The notes below the pieces were generated by a model. The model had not been told where the DNA came from. It saw only the letters and a list, made by a program, of their open reading frames with translations, and made no database searches. A program made the position numbers and the translations under genes. Shown piece after piece: positions 1-9,900 of a DNA stretch of 64,000 bases; the stretch's first letter is position 1, and the number at the start of each line of letters is the position of its first letter. The stretch covers positions 4,303-68,302 of the forward strand of contig DAHVXI010000045.1 in assembly GCA_027356795.1 (NCBI GenBank), read 5' to 3'. The stretch is from Chloroflexota bacterium. GTDB lineage: Bacteria; Chloroflexota; UBA6077.

Positions 1-449
1 TCAGGGCCCCAGTAGCTGGTGGTGGCGATGCCGGTCTTCACCAGGTAGGCCTCGGCCTTCTTGGCTACGTGGCGGGGATCCCTGGAGTATGGCACCCCCT
101 TGATGGGATCCATCACGTCGCAGACGACGACGAGCGTGGGCACGTCGAGGGTGGGATCCACGAAGGCCGAAGCGGCATCGGGCATCAGCAGCATGTCGCT
201 CTCGTGGATCTTCTGGAAGCCCCGGATGCTGGAACCGTCGAAGCCCAGCCCGGACTTGAAGCAGTCGGCTTCGAACTCCTGGACGGGCGTGGAGAAGTGC
301 TGCCAGGTGCCGGGCAGGTCCACGAAGCGATAGTCGATCATCTTCACGCCCTGTGCCCGGGCGAAAGCCACTATCTCCTCGGGCTCGGTCAGGGTCGCCT
401 TCTCCTTGCCCGGGAGCGAGATGCCAGGAATGTCAGACGTTATTGCCAC
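1..449 (-). CDS. glnA: Glutamine synthetase type I, N-terminal part (gene continues beyond left edge of window)
   Basis: Minus-strand translation from GTG at 449 gives VAITSDIPG...VKMIDYRFVDLPGTWQHFS...GFDGSSIRGFQKIHESDMLLMPDAASAFVDPT..LVVVCDVMDP, the GS beta-grasp N-domain. GGAGG sits 7 nt upstream. The frame is open to position 1. Confidence 0.8.
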   Translation of the reverse strand, partial: MAITSDIPGISLPGKEKATLTEPEEIVAFARAQGVKMIDYRFVDLPGTWQHFSTPVQEFEADCFKSGLGFDGSSIRGFQKIHESDMLLMPDAASAFVDPTLDVPTLVVVCDVMDPIKGVPYSRDPRHVAKKAEAYLVKTGIATTSYWGP

Positions 450-509
450 CTACCGTACCTCCCCTCACTGCTTATTGGATGATCGCTCCAGGAAAGGCTG
501 GAGCGGCCC

Positions 510-710
510 TCAGTCTTCTATGCAGGCCCGCTCGTAGCGGGCGTGGAAGTCCACCAGTTCCTGCTCGAGAGCCGGCTGCCACTGTCCGCTACCCTGGGAG
601 AGATTCAGCGCAAAAGGTCGGAGCCAGGTGAGCCTCTGGTCCACGACCGCCGCTCCGCTTCTCACGCCGTCGCCCTTGTCCACCTTCCAACCGTGAATGC
701 TCTCGGACAT
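510..710 (-). CDS. Small hypothetical protein (66 aa) in glnA-nadE spacer
   Basis: ORF MSESIHGWKVDKGDGVRSGAAVVDQRLTWL... with GGAGG 8 nt upstream of the ATG. No recognisable family, so it could be spurious. Confidence 0.3.
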   Translation of the reverse strand: MSESIHGWKVDKGDGVRSGAAVVDQRLTWLRPFALNLSQGSGQWQPALEQELVDFHARYERACIED

Positions 711-846
711 AGCCAGCCTCCAATGCAGAACTGCACGATAGGTAGGCTAACAGTGGGGAGTCAAGGGGTCTACGTGCAGGGCGTCAGAAAAGCGGGGGCG
801 GGTGTTTGTGCAAAGTGCACAAAGGAGACGGGGCGACGGGGAGGTT

Positions 847-942
847 CCCTCTCCCTCTGGGAGAGGGTCGGGGTGATGAGGTCTCCCTCTCCCAGAGGGA
901 GAGGCGGGGGACCGAGGGCGGCCTCTCCTAGGGGGAGAGGCG
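847..942. repeat. Three tandem copies of the REP-like palindrome CCCTCTCC(C)-loop-GGGAGAGG (847-867, 884-905, 921-942)
   Basis: Direct reading finds ccctctccctctgggagaggg, tccctctcccagagggagagg and cctctcctagggggagagg. The same element recurs at 22028 and 33651. Confidence 0.7.
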
Positions 943-962
943 AAGACGGCCTCTCTCCTGAG

Positions 963-2696
963 TCAGCCCTTCTCCACGTACCGGTTGGTTATCGGCAGCC
1001 GCCGGTCGCGGCCGAAGGCGCGGGGGGTTACCTTGATGCCGGGCGGCGCTTGGCGGCGCTTGTACTCGGCCCGGTCCACCATGGCAGCCACCCGGCGGAC
1101 GATCGCCTCCGGGTAACCGAGGGCTACGATCTCCTCGATGCTGCGATCTTCCTCCACGTAGGCCTGGAGAATGGGATCGAGGGTCGAGTAGGGGGGCAGG
1201 CTGTCCACGTCTCGCTGATCGGGCCTCAGCTCCGCGGAGGGCTCCTTCACCATCACGCTCTCGGGGATCACCGGCGAGACGCTGTTGCGGTACTCGGACA
1301 GTTGGTACACCAGGGTCTTGGGGACATCCTTGATCACCGCGAAGCCGCCGGCCATGTCCCCGTACAGGGTGGCGTAGCCCGTGGCCATCTCGCTCTTGTT
1401 GCCGGTGGTTAGCACCAGGTAGCCGAACTTGTTGGAGAGGGCCATCAGGGTGTTCCCCCGCACCCGGGCCTGGAGGTTCTCCTCGGCGATGTTGGGCTCC
1501 GTCCCTCGGAAGGGCTCCTCCAGCATCTGGAGCAGCCCCTGGAAGGCCGGCTCGATGGGGATGGTCATCATCTCGATGCCCAGCCTGCGGGCCAGCTCGG
1601 CGGCGTCGTCACGGCTCCCCTTGGAGGAGTAGCGGGAGGGCATGGAGACACCGGAGACGTTGCCGGCTCCCAGGGCGTCCACCGCGATGGCGGCCGTCAG
1701 GCTGGAGTCGATCCCGCCGGAGAGCCCGATGACCACCTTCTGGAAGCGATTCTTTCGGGCGTAGTCTCGCGTGCCCAGCACGAGGGCCGCGAAAACCTCG
1801 GCCGGGCCCTCCAGGAGGGTTGCCTCCTCCTTCGGCAGGGGAGCTTTCTTGGCCACGGCCGGCTGTTCGGAGAGCACGATCCTGGGCGTCGGCATGCCGG
1901 CCGGCACGGGGAAGACGGGCTCCTCCCGCCGGCGAGGGTCGTGAAGCCTGGATCGGAAGACGGCTTCCACGTCCAGGTCGGCGATCAGCAGCTCCTCCTC
2001 GAACTGCTTCGCGTGGGCCACCAACCGGCCAGTCTGGTCGTACACGAAGCTGGCGCCGTCGAAGACCAGCTCGTCCTGCCCCCCCACGGCGTTCACGTAG
2101 CAGACCAGCACCTCGTTATCCACGGCTCGGGTGGCCACCATCCGCTCCCGGCGAGCTCGCTTGCCCATGTCGTAAGGAGAGGAGTTGATGTTCACCAGCA
2201 GTTGGGCTCCCGCCTGGGACTGGATGGCGGCGGGGCCGGTGGGATACCAGATGTCCTCGCAGACGCTGACCCCTACCTTCACCCCGGCTATGACGAAGGT
2301 GGGTTGCTCCATTCCCCGCCGGAAGTAGCGCTCCTCGTCGAAGACCCCGTAGTTGGGGAGGAACACCTTGTGATAGACGTGGGCCAGGGAGCCGTCGTGA
2401 AGGACGGCGGCGGCGTTGTAGATGTCGTCGTCGGCGTCCACGAACCCCAGTACCGCGGTGATGCCCTTGGCCCTGGCGGCGATCTCCTGGATGCAGGCCA
2501 GGTTGTCCTTGATGAACTGGGGCTTCAGCAGCAGGTCCTCCGGGGGATAGCCGGTGAGGGCCAGCTCCGGGAAGGCCACGAGGTCGGCCCCCGACTGGCG
2601 GGCTTGGTCCATGTAGTCCAGTATCTTGGCCTGGTTGCCCTCCAGGTCTCCCACGGTGGGATTGATCTGGGCCAGAGCCACCCTCAGGGAAAGCAT
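963..2696 (-). CDS. nadE: Glutamine-dependent NAD+ synthetase (N-terminal nitrilase/CN-hydrolase domain plus NAD synthase domain)
   Basis: 577 aa. The N-terminus LRVALAQINPTVGDLEGN..FPELALTGY is nitrilase-like. The C-domain carries SGGIDSS (PP-loop) and ...LVLTTGNKSEMATGYATLYGDMAGG. Confidence 0.95.
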   Translation of the reverse strand: MLSLRVALAQINPTVGDLEGNQAKILDYMDQARQSGADLVAFPELALTGYPPEDLLLKPQFIKDNLACIQEIAARAKGITAVLGFVDADDDIYNAAAVLHDGSLAHVYHKVFLPNYGVFDEERYFRRGMEQPTFVIAGVKVGVSVCEDIWYPTGPAAIQSQAGAQLLVNINSSPYDMGKRARRERMVATRAVDNEVLVCYVNAVGGQDELVFDGASFVYDQTGRLVAHAKQFEEELLIADLDVEAVFRSRLHDPRRREEPVFPVPAGMPTPRIVLSEQPAVAKKAPLPKEEATLLEGPAEVFAALVLGTRDYARKNRFQKVVIGLSGGIDSSLTAAIAVDALGAGNVSGVSMPSRYSSKGSRDDAAELARRLGIEMMTIPIEPAFQGLLQMLEEPFRGTEPNIAEENLQARVRGNTLMALSNKFGYLVLTTGNKSEMATGYATLYGDMAGGFAVIKDVPKTLVYQLSEYRNSVSPVIPESVMVKEPSAELRPDQRDVDSLPPYSTLDPILQAYVEEDRSIEEIVALGYPEAIVRRVAAMVDRAEYKRRQAPPGIKVTPRAFGRDRRLPITNRYVEKG

Positions 2697-2807
2697 CGCT
2701 GCACCTCTCGCCAGTCTGTTCGCACGGGGATTCTACAGTTTCTTGCCGGATGCCGCTACCTTACGCAGGGAAAGGGTTCGATCCCCCCACCGTGGCCTGG
2801 GGGGTGA

Positions 2808-4472
2808 TTGCCGCCGACACCCGTGGCTCGCATCTTGGTATCCAGGCCTCGTGGCGAAATCATGGATGGGGAGGGCGGGACTGTGCCCAGAGAGCGGCGC
2901 CCGAAGCTGGAGGGGGGACAGCCCGACCAAGGCACTCTGGCTGAGCGAGCCCTGCTGGCCGCGGTCAGCGAGTGCTCCGAGTGTGCCATCTTCGGCAAGA
3001 CCCTGGATGGCATCATCAACAGCTGGAACGCCGCCGCCGAAGGGCTTTTCGGCTACTCGGCCGAGGAGGCCATCGGGAAACCGTCCTCCATCCTCATCCC
3101 TCCGGACCGTACCCACGAGTTGCCGAACATCTTGGATCGGATCGGGAGAGGTGAGCGGCTGGAGCGCCACCAGACCGTCTGGCTGCGCAAGGACGGCCAC
3201 GGGATCGACGTAGCGGTGAGCGTGACCCCGATTAAGGACGATCGCGGCCGCGTAGTGGGTGCCGCCACCATTGCCCGGGACATTACCGAGCAAAAGCGAA
3301 CGGAGGAAGAACGGGAGCGGCTGCTGGCGGAGCTGAAGGAAGCCAACCAGCGGCTGGTGGCGGCCAACCGGCGAGGGCGAGAGCTGGCCGATCAGGCGCA
3401 GCGATGGGCAGCGGAACTGGATGCGGTGATCGAAGGAGTGGGTGAGGGGATCACCATTGCCGACGGCAATGGACGGATTCTGCGGCGCAACCGGGTGGGC
3501 AGGGAGATCCTGGGCCCTTCGCCGCAGATCGAGGAGGAGCAAAGGTGGACCGACTACGCCGGGCGCTTCGGCGTCCGTTACCTCGACAACCGGTCTGTGC
3601 CCTCGGAGCAGTTTCCCCTGGCCCGAGCCGTACGAGGGGAGGCGATCAGCGGTGAGGAGCTCATCCTCGTTCGCCCGGATGGGAGGAGACTCCATCTGCT
3701 CTTCAGCACCAGCGCCGTTCGGGACGAAGAGGGCCGTGTGGCTCTGGCCATGAGCATATACCGGGACATCACCCCCATACGGCTGCTGGAACAGGCTCGG
3801 GAGGAGTTCATCTCGCTGGTGGCCCACGATCTCCGCTCCCCCCTCACGATCATCACCGGCTTCGCCGGTCTGCTCCAACGTCTCCCACCTGAACAGCACG
3901 GCCGGACTCAGGAGCGCAAAGCGGTGGAAAGCATCCTCTCCAGCGCCAAACGGTTGGAGAGGATGGTCGCCGATCTTCTGGATGCCTCTCGCATCGAGAG
4001 CAACCGGCTCACGCTGGCGAAGGAGCCGGTGGACCTGCCGAGGTTGGTGGAGGAGTTGGTGGAGAGGACGGCGGAGATCACCAAGGGCCATCCCGTCCGG
4101 ATCGACGTCCACGGTCCCGTGCCCGCCGTCCTAGCGGATCCCACCCGTCTGGAGCAGGTGTTGGTGAACCTGCTCTCCAACGCTGCCAAGTACTCCTTCC
4201 CCCGCTGCGAGATCCTGCTGGAGCTCCAGCCTCGAGCTGGGGAAGTGTTGATCTCGGTGACCAATCGGGGTCTGGGGATAGCCCCGGAGGACCGTGACAT
4301 GATCTTCACCCGCTTCCATCGCACTCGAGCCGCCATCAAGGAGAAGGTGCCTGGGCTGGGGCTCGGCCTGTACATCAGCAAGGGGCTGGTGGAGGCCCAC
4401 GGGGGACGGATCTGGGTGGAGAGCGAGATGGGGAAGTCCACCTCCTTCCGCTTCACCCTGCCCGCGGCCTAG
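2808..4472 (+). CDS. PAS-domain sensor histidine kinase (two PAS domains + HisKA + HATPase_c)
   Basis: The PAS segments carry DITEQK and YRDIT. The H-box is LVAHDLRSPLT. The N and G boxes are LLSNAAKYS and GLGLGLYISKGLVEAHGG. The real start is probably the internal ATG at ~2862 (MDGEGG). Confidence 0.85.
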   Translation: MPPTPVARILVSRPRGEIMDGEGGTVPRERRPKLEGGQPDQGTLAERALLAAVSECSECAIFGKTLDGIINSWNAAAEGLFGYSAEEAIGKPSSILIPPDRTHELPNILDRIGRGERLERHQTVWLRKDGHGIDVAVSVTPIKDDRGRVVGAATIARDITEQKRTEEERERLLAELKEANQRLVAANRRGRELADQAQRWAAELDAVIEGVGEGITIADGNGRILRRNRVGREILGPSPQIEEEQRWTDYAGRFGVRYLDNRSVPSEQFPLARAVRGEAISGEELILVRPDGRRLHLLFSTSAVRDEEGRVALAMSIYRDITPIRLLEQAREEFISLVAHDLRSPLTIITGFAGLLQRLPPEQHGRTQERKAVESILSSAKRLERMVADLLDASRIESNRLTLAKEPVDLPRLVEELVERTAEITKGHPVRIDVHGPVPAVLADPTRLEQVLVNLLSNAAKYSFPRCEILLELQPRAGEVLISVTNRGLGIAPEDRDMIFTRFHRTRAAIKEKVPGLGLGLYISKGLVEAHGGRIWVESEMGKSTSFRFTLPAA

Positions 4473-4599
4473 CGGGGCAGCCATGCCAGGATGCCGGCCA
4501 CGACCCCGGCCGGCAATGGACGCCAGTAGATAAGCCAGCATCAATCTGTTAATATGTGCTAGCGTCAGCATAACTCTCCGGCGAAGGCGGATCGCGAAT

Positions 4600-5826
4600 C
4601 TGATTCCAGCAGGGCCGAACAACCACAACTGGGGCAACTACGACTTCTCCAGGCGCACCATCGAGATTCTCGACACCTCCCTCCGTGATGGACTGCAGGA
4701 TGCCGAGATCCGCCATCCCACCCTCGACGAGAAGATGCAGCTCCTTCATCGCCTGCTTGACGTAGCCGTCGATGCGGTCGACATCGGAATCCCCGTTGCG
4801 GGGGGGCCCCATCTGAGGGATGCCATCAGACTGGCGAGCGAGCTGCCGGAGGAGGTGCAGGCGGTATGCCTGGCCAGGACCCTCGAGGCGGACGTCAGGG
4901 CGGCGGCGGAAATGGCGCAGCGCAGCGGGAGATCCATCGAGGTTATCCTTTTCGTAGGATCAAGCCCAGTCCGGCGCTGGGTGGAGGGCTGGCACGTCGC
5001 CGACATGATCTCCTGGATGGAGGGGAGCGTCGCCCTCGCCGTCCAGGAGGGGCTGAAACCCACCATCGCCACGGAGCACACCACCGAGACCGAGCCGGAG
5101 GTTATCCGGCAGATATTCCGTGCGGGCCTGGAATGTGGGGGCCAGAGAGTCTGCATCGCCGACACCAGCGGCGCGGCTACCCCGCGCAGTGTGGTCGCAC
5201 TCATCGACTTCTTCGAGGAGAATGTTCTCAACGGGTTTCCCGGCATCCCCATCGACTGGCACGGCCACGACGATCGCGGCCTATCCGTCGTGAACGCTCT
5301 CGCGGCCCTGGAGGCGGGAGCAACGCGGGTTCATGGGACCGTGCTCGGCATAGGGGAGAGGGCGGGGAACACGCCCCTGGAAGCCCTCCTCCTCAACCTC
5401 AAGATCGCTGGCGACCCGAGGCGGCAAGACATCAGCGGGACCACGGCCCTGAGCGAGTGCGGCTCCAGGATGTTCGAGGTGCCTCTCCGGGTGAATTACC
5501 CGGGCATCGGTCAAAAGGTGGGGGTGACGGCTTCCGGCATCCACGCCGCGGCCATGCTCAAGGCAAGACGTCTGGGCGTCGAGGCCGGGTTGCCCTACTC
5601 CGTGGTAGACCAAAGGTGGTTCAACAGGGAGGCCGACGTGAGGATCGGACCGCTGTCCGGTCGGGCAAACGTCGAGTGGGTTGCCCGGAAGCTCGGCATC
5701 CGCTGCTCCGACGAGCTGGTGGAGAAGGCCCTGGCGGCGGCCACGGAGATGAACCGTTTGCTGTCTGAAGAGGATCTAGTCGACATAGCCAACAGCTTGG
5801 AGGGTGGTGGCTATGGCATCTCCTAG
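4600..5826 (+). CDS. Homocitrate/2-isopropylmalate synthase family protein (DRE-TIM metallolyase, no LeuA C-terminal regulatory domain); start codon unresolved
   Basis: The in-frame region upstream of the first ATG (4735) encodes TIEILDTSLRDGLQ, the obligatory N-terminal active-site motif. Later motifs are DTSGAATP and HGHDDRGLSVVNALAALEAGA..VHGTVLGIGERAGNTPLE. The frame has no ATG/GTG/TTG between the stop at 4549 and 4735. Candidate rare starts are CTG 4600 or ATT 4603, after GAAGGCGG. Confidence 0.75.
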   Translation: MIPAGPNNHNWGNYDFSRRTIEILDTSLRDGLQDAEIRHPTLDEKMQLLHRLLDVAVDAVDIGIPVAGGPHLRDAIRLASELPEEVQAVCLARTLEADVRAAAEMAQRSGRSIEVILFVGSSPVRRWVEGWHVADMISWMEGSVALAVQEGLKPTIATEHTTETEPEVIRQIFRAGLECGGQRVCIADTSGAATPRSVVALIDFFEENVLNGFPGIPIDWHGHDDRGLSVVNALAALEAGATRVHGTVLGIGERAGNTPLEALLLNLKIAGDPRRQDISGTTALSECGSRMFEVPLRVNYPGIGQKVGVTASGIHAAAMLKARRLGVEAGLPYSVVDQRWFNREADVRIGPLSGRANVEWVARKLGIRCSDELVEKALAAATEMNRLLSEEDLVDIANSLEGGGYGIS

Positions 5827-6790
5827 CTTCGACCCCAAAGCAGGCAAGAGGGTGGGACACATGAGCGGGAAAGGAACGCGCACCGAGCAGATACCCCTGG
5901 AGGATGGGACACTCAAGGTGGTATCGGTTCTATCCTTCCGGGAGCGTCACCACCTTCCGCAGGTGGTGGACGCGCTGCTGGCCGATGCGCCGGTGGCCTT
6001 TCATGGATGGGGAGTATCGGGCGTTTGTGGCCGGGTCGATGGGGCCAGCTACTTCCAGAAGTTCTGGAGCCTGAAGCAGGGCCGTCCGCCCGGCTCCAAG
6101 ATCCCCCTGCTGGAGCCACCGGAAGAGGTGGTCCGGCACGTGGACTGGCAGAAGGTTCACCCAGCGTACCGCTACCTTCGGGACCCGGCATCTTTGCGAA
6201 GGGTCTGGAAAGGACTTGCCCCTTTCCACCTGATATTCCCCTACAGGGTGGAAGGCGGTACCCTGTCTGAAGCCGTGGTGACGCCGGCCTTCGACCCCGA
6301 CGTTGCCCCGCACACTCCAGTTCCCACGGTTTGCTTCTTCTGGATCGACGACCCAGCCCTGGTTCGGTTGGTGCGGGAGGTGAAGGCGCAGAACCGAGGT
6401 GTGCAGCTTGGCGTCTCTTCCCTAAACGATCCCAAGCAAACGCCACCCTTCAACACCCCGGATCTCCTCGCCTACCTGAAGAGTCGCGGCATCGGCAGGT
6501 ACGACGTCGTCATAGAGGATCCGGTGGTGGAACCCATCGGCATCGCCAGCTCCCATTCGCAGTTCGTGGCTCCGCTGGAAGGAGAGGAGCCGGTGTGGGT
6601 GATGAAGCGGCGAGGCAGCTTCTCCGCACACGGCTTCACGATGCGGACCGGCTTTCCGGTCATCGGGGCTGAGACCGCCAAGGTTGCCGCGAGGCAGGCG
6701 GACCCGGAGCGAGACCTGGATGCCGAGGTGGAGGAGTGTGCGAGGAGGATTCGTCGTTGGCGCCTCAGGGAGACGTTTCACTGGTTCTGA
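5804..6790 (+). CDS. Hypothetical protein with divergent YrdC/Sua5-like (TsaC-fold) signature
   Basis: PVAFHGWGVSGVCG..KFWSLKQGRPPGSKIPLL..HLIFPY aligns with the TsaC motifs (YPTETVYGLG..LKQRP..LIL..FVFPA) but lacks the conserved T-E. The protein is 328 aa, and its start overlaps the 3' end of the upstream synthase by 23 nt. Confidence 0.5.
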   Translation: MVAMASPSFDPKAGKRVGHMSGKGTRTEQIPLEDGTLKVVSVLSFRERHHLPQVVDALLADAPVAFHGWGVSGVCGRVDGASYFQKFWSLKQGRPPGSKIPLLEPPEEVVRHVDWQKVHPAYRYLRDPASLRRVWKGLAPFHLIFPYRVEGGTLSEAVVTPAFDPDVAPHTPVPTVCFFWIDDPALVRLVREVKAQNRGVQLGVSSLNDPKQTPPFNTPDLLAYLKSRGIGRYDVVIEDPVVEPIGIASSHSQFVAPLEGEEPVWVMKRRGSFSAHGFTMRTGFPVIGAETAKVAARQADPERDLDAEVEECARRIRRWRLRETFHWF

Positions 6791-6924
6791 GCCCCTCCAC
6801 AGCTACTTACTACCTGATGGGGTGGGATCCGGAGACCGGCGTGCCAACCCGGCTTACCCTGGAGCGGCTGGGGCTGGACTGGGTGGCAGAGGATCTGGCC
6901 CTGCGTGGCAAGCTGCCCGGATAA
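6736..6924 (+). CDS. Short ORF resembling the extreme C-terminus of aldehyde:ferredoxin oxidoreductase (possible gene remnant)
   Basis: YYLMGWDPETGVPTRLTLERLGLDWVAEDL resembles the AOR-family C-terminal tail (YY.RGWD..G.P...TL..LGL). It overlaps the preceding ORF in a different frame. Confidence 0.3.
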   Translation: MCEEDSSLAPQGDVSLVLSPSTATYYLMGWDPETGVPTRLTLERLGLDWVAEDLALRGKLPG

Positions 6925-6927
6925 GGG

Positions 6928-6962
6928 CAGGAGGCGCGCGGCGAGACGCCGCGCGCCTCCTG
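6928..6962. terminator. Perfect 15-bp stem-loop between convergent genes (bidirectional terminator candidate)
   Basis: caggaggcgcgcggcg-agac-gccgcgcgcctcctg read directly. It lies between the + ORF ending at 6924 and ttrA ending at 6997. Confidence 0.6.
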
Positions 6963-6996
6963 TGGAAGACCGATTTGGCCTCAACTGGGTGGTGGC

Positions 6997-9900
6997 TCAG
7001 ACCTTCATCACCTTTACTCGGGTGTCGTAGAAGGAGGCGCTCCCACCGATAGGATCCGTGAGGCAGGTGGTCTTGGTTCCCTGATCCAGGGCCAGCAGGG
7101 CGTTGGTGCAGAGACCTGTTCCCCGCCGCGGGTCGGCGGGCACCCGCTGTCCGTCCACTTCGGTCTCTCGAGCGCCATAGGCCCAGTGGCCATAGGACCA
7201 GGATACCTGGACGGTTCCAGGCCTCACCCCCTCGACCGTCTGCACCTTGCCGACGATCACCTCCGGCTTGCCGGCCACCACCTCTATGGTGCCATCGGGG
7301 TTGGTGCGGGAGGAGAAGCGAACCAGGTCGCCGTCCTTGAGGCCCAGAGCTGCCAGGTCTTTGGGGTTCATCCGCACCCGGTTCTCGGGAAGCACGCCTC
7401 CCTGCGACCAGTAGTTGCCGGGCGTGCGGGATTGTCCGCCGGTGACCTCCTTGAAGGTCACCAGGTAGAAGGGATACTCCTCGTCCTTCACCGGCTCCCC
7501 GTTGCTGTTCTTCACCGGGTCGTAGCGGGTGATGCCGGAGTGCGGCTTGCCGGTGATGGAGTCCTTCCCTGCCGCCACCGGCTCCACGTAGAGGTTCAAC
7601 AGCTTTCCGTAGGGATGGCCGAGGTAGTTGCCGCTGTACGCCTTGTCGTACCCCTCGAAGCGGCCTCCCCGGTTGAGGACGTAAACGGTGCGCGCCCAGT
7701 TGGCTTCTCCCACGGCCCGCTTCCACTTGGCTTCGTCGAAAACCGCGGGGGGCATCGACTTGCGCGCTTCCCGGAAGATCCGCAGCTCCTCGGCGTCGGC
7801 TTGAGGCACACCGTCGGTGGGAGCATCGCCGGCCGCGATGTTCGCCACCGCCTTGAGGTAGTAGTCCTCCGGTCGGGTGAAATCCAGTCCCGAGTCGAAG
7901 CCGCCCTTTCCGTAGCCGGGTGTGCCCAGTGCCTCCGCGAAGGCGAGCATCATCGACTCCATGGAGATGGGCATCTCTTCGCCATACACGGTGACGATCT
8001 CCGGGATCGGGCCGACGATGGGCTGGCGTACCTTGACCCCCTTGGTCTTCTCGCTGGGGGTGAGCCCCAGGAAGGCCCAGCGCTCGGCGAAGGTCAGGTC
8101 CGGGAAGAGGTAGTCCGCGTACATGGAGGTCTCGCCGATCACCACGTCGTCGGCGATGAAGAGCGGCACCCTGTCCAGGTCGCGCAGCATCCGGATCTGG
8201 TCCCCGCCGCCTGGAACCGCCAGGGCAGGTGTCCCCATGTGCAGCCACAGGACCTTCGCCGGATAGGGATACTGGGCGTCGATGGCCGGGATGACCTCCT
8301 GGTATACGTTGGAGGTGTAGGGATAGAAGGGCCGAGGCGCGGGATAGCCTTTGAACAGGGTGGTGGCCTCGTACTGGACGCCCTCCCGGGTGATCTTGAC
8401 GCCGAAGGCAGCCATCTTGCCCGTGTGCTGCTTGTTCAGATCGAAGGGCTGCCCCTGCTTCCCTCCGTAGGAGGCCCACGCGCCGCCACCGGCGTTCAGT
8501 CCACCCTTCCAGTCGACGTTACCCACCATCAGATTGAGGGTGACCAGCGCCTGCGCGGTGTAGTAGCCGTTGGTGTGCTGGACCGCGCCGCGGTAGAACT
8601 CGACGGCGGCTTTCTTGCCGTGGCTGGTGAACTCCCGGGCAACGGCCTCGATCTGCCTCACCGGGATGCCGGCTATCTGGGCGTACTCCTCCAGGCTCTT
8701 GCCGGCTGCCTCTTCCTTGAGAAGCTGGAAGGCCGTCTTCGCCCGAAAGCCCTGGCCTTGCGCCTCGGCCAGCAGTTCGCCTTCCACGGGGTTCTTGTCG
8801 TCGTTGGGATCCACCGCCAGCAGTTGGCCGCCCTTGCTGACCACGAAGAGGTGGGCCGGGTCCTTACCTTCCGGCGCTGCCAGCCCCGCGTCCTTGGCCC
8901 GCAACAGCTTGCCCGGCAGGCCCTGGTCGTCGAGCTTCACCAGGTAGCTGGCATTGCTCCAGCTCTTCTCTTTCGCCGCTACGGCGGCCGCCTTGTTGGC
9001 GTTCTGAAGGAAGCCCTTGTCGTATCGCTGGTTATCGATGATCCACCGGATCATACCCATGGCCAGGGCGCTGTCGCCGTCGCCGGGCTTGACCGGCAGC
9101 CAGTACCTGGCCTTGGCGGCGGTCTTGGATAGCCGCGGGTCCACCACGGCGATCTGCATGCCCCGCTCCACCATTCCCCGGGTGACCTGTTCGGTCATGG
9201 AGGTGGGACCGAAGTTCGCCTCGAAGGGGCTCGTGCCCCAGAAGATCACGAACTCGGCGGCGGTGAAGTCGGGCTTCATGTGGTTGGGGCCCGGCGACCA
9301 GGCTCCCTTGTCGTACTGGGCGGTCATCCAGCTGTAGGCGATGTGATGGGACTGCTCGCAGATGGTGGTGTGGTCGTACCAGTTGTTGGAGCCGAAGCCG
9401 TTGATGACCCACCGCTTGGCGAAGTCGTTGCGGCCGGGCTCGATGCGGCCGGCCTGGAAGACGAGCTGGTTGTTCTTCGGCCCGAGATCCGGGTGATCGG
9501 GGTCGATCAGGAGGGACAGCTCGGAGGCATGCTTGGCCTTGAACTCCTCCAGGGTCATGGTCTTTTTCGCCACGGCCGCCGCGTCGTCGGCCAGGGCCTT
9601 GATCGTCTTGGCATCTTTGGCGGCGAAGATGTCCTTCAGACCGGGAATGGCGCGATCCTCGCCGACAGCTGCGAACAGCTTACCGCCCTGGACTATCTCC
9701 TTGATCGCCTGATCGAAGGGGATCGCCTGCCATCGGTTTGAGCCGCGGGGTCCGGCTCGCTTGAGCACCTTGCGGATGCGGTAGGGATCGTAGACGGTCT
9801 GGACGGTGGCCTGGCCCTTGGGGCACAGCTTCCCGTCCACCCTCGCTGCCTGGTCGAGGGGGGTGTCGTAGCTGATCTGCGGTAGCATGTTCTGCGGGCC

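Noticed and set aside
543-1412. 289-aa plus ORF spanning the REP-like repeat region and overlapping nadE
   Set aside because: It crosses the tandem palindromic repeats and the nadE 3' end on the opposite strand. It has no motifs and is likely spurious.
2733-4112. 459-aa minus-strand ORF antisense to the PAS histidine kinase
   Set aside because: It is Arg/Pro/Gly-rich with low-complexity composition typical of antisense frames in high-GC DNA. It has no recognisable motifs, and the sense strand has a clear HK domain series.
7186-9132. 648-aa plus-strand ORF antisense to ttrA
   Set aside because: A composition-driven open frame (G/L/A/V/R-rich). It sits inside a well-supported 1057-aa molybdoenzyme gene.
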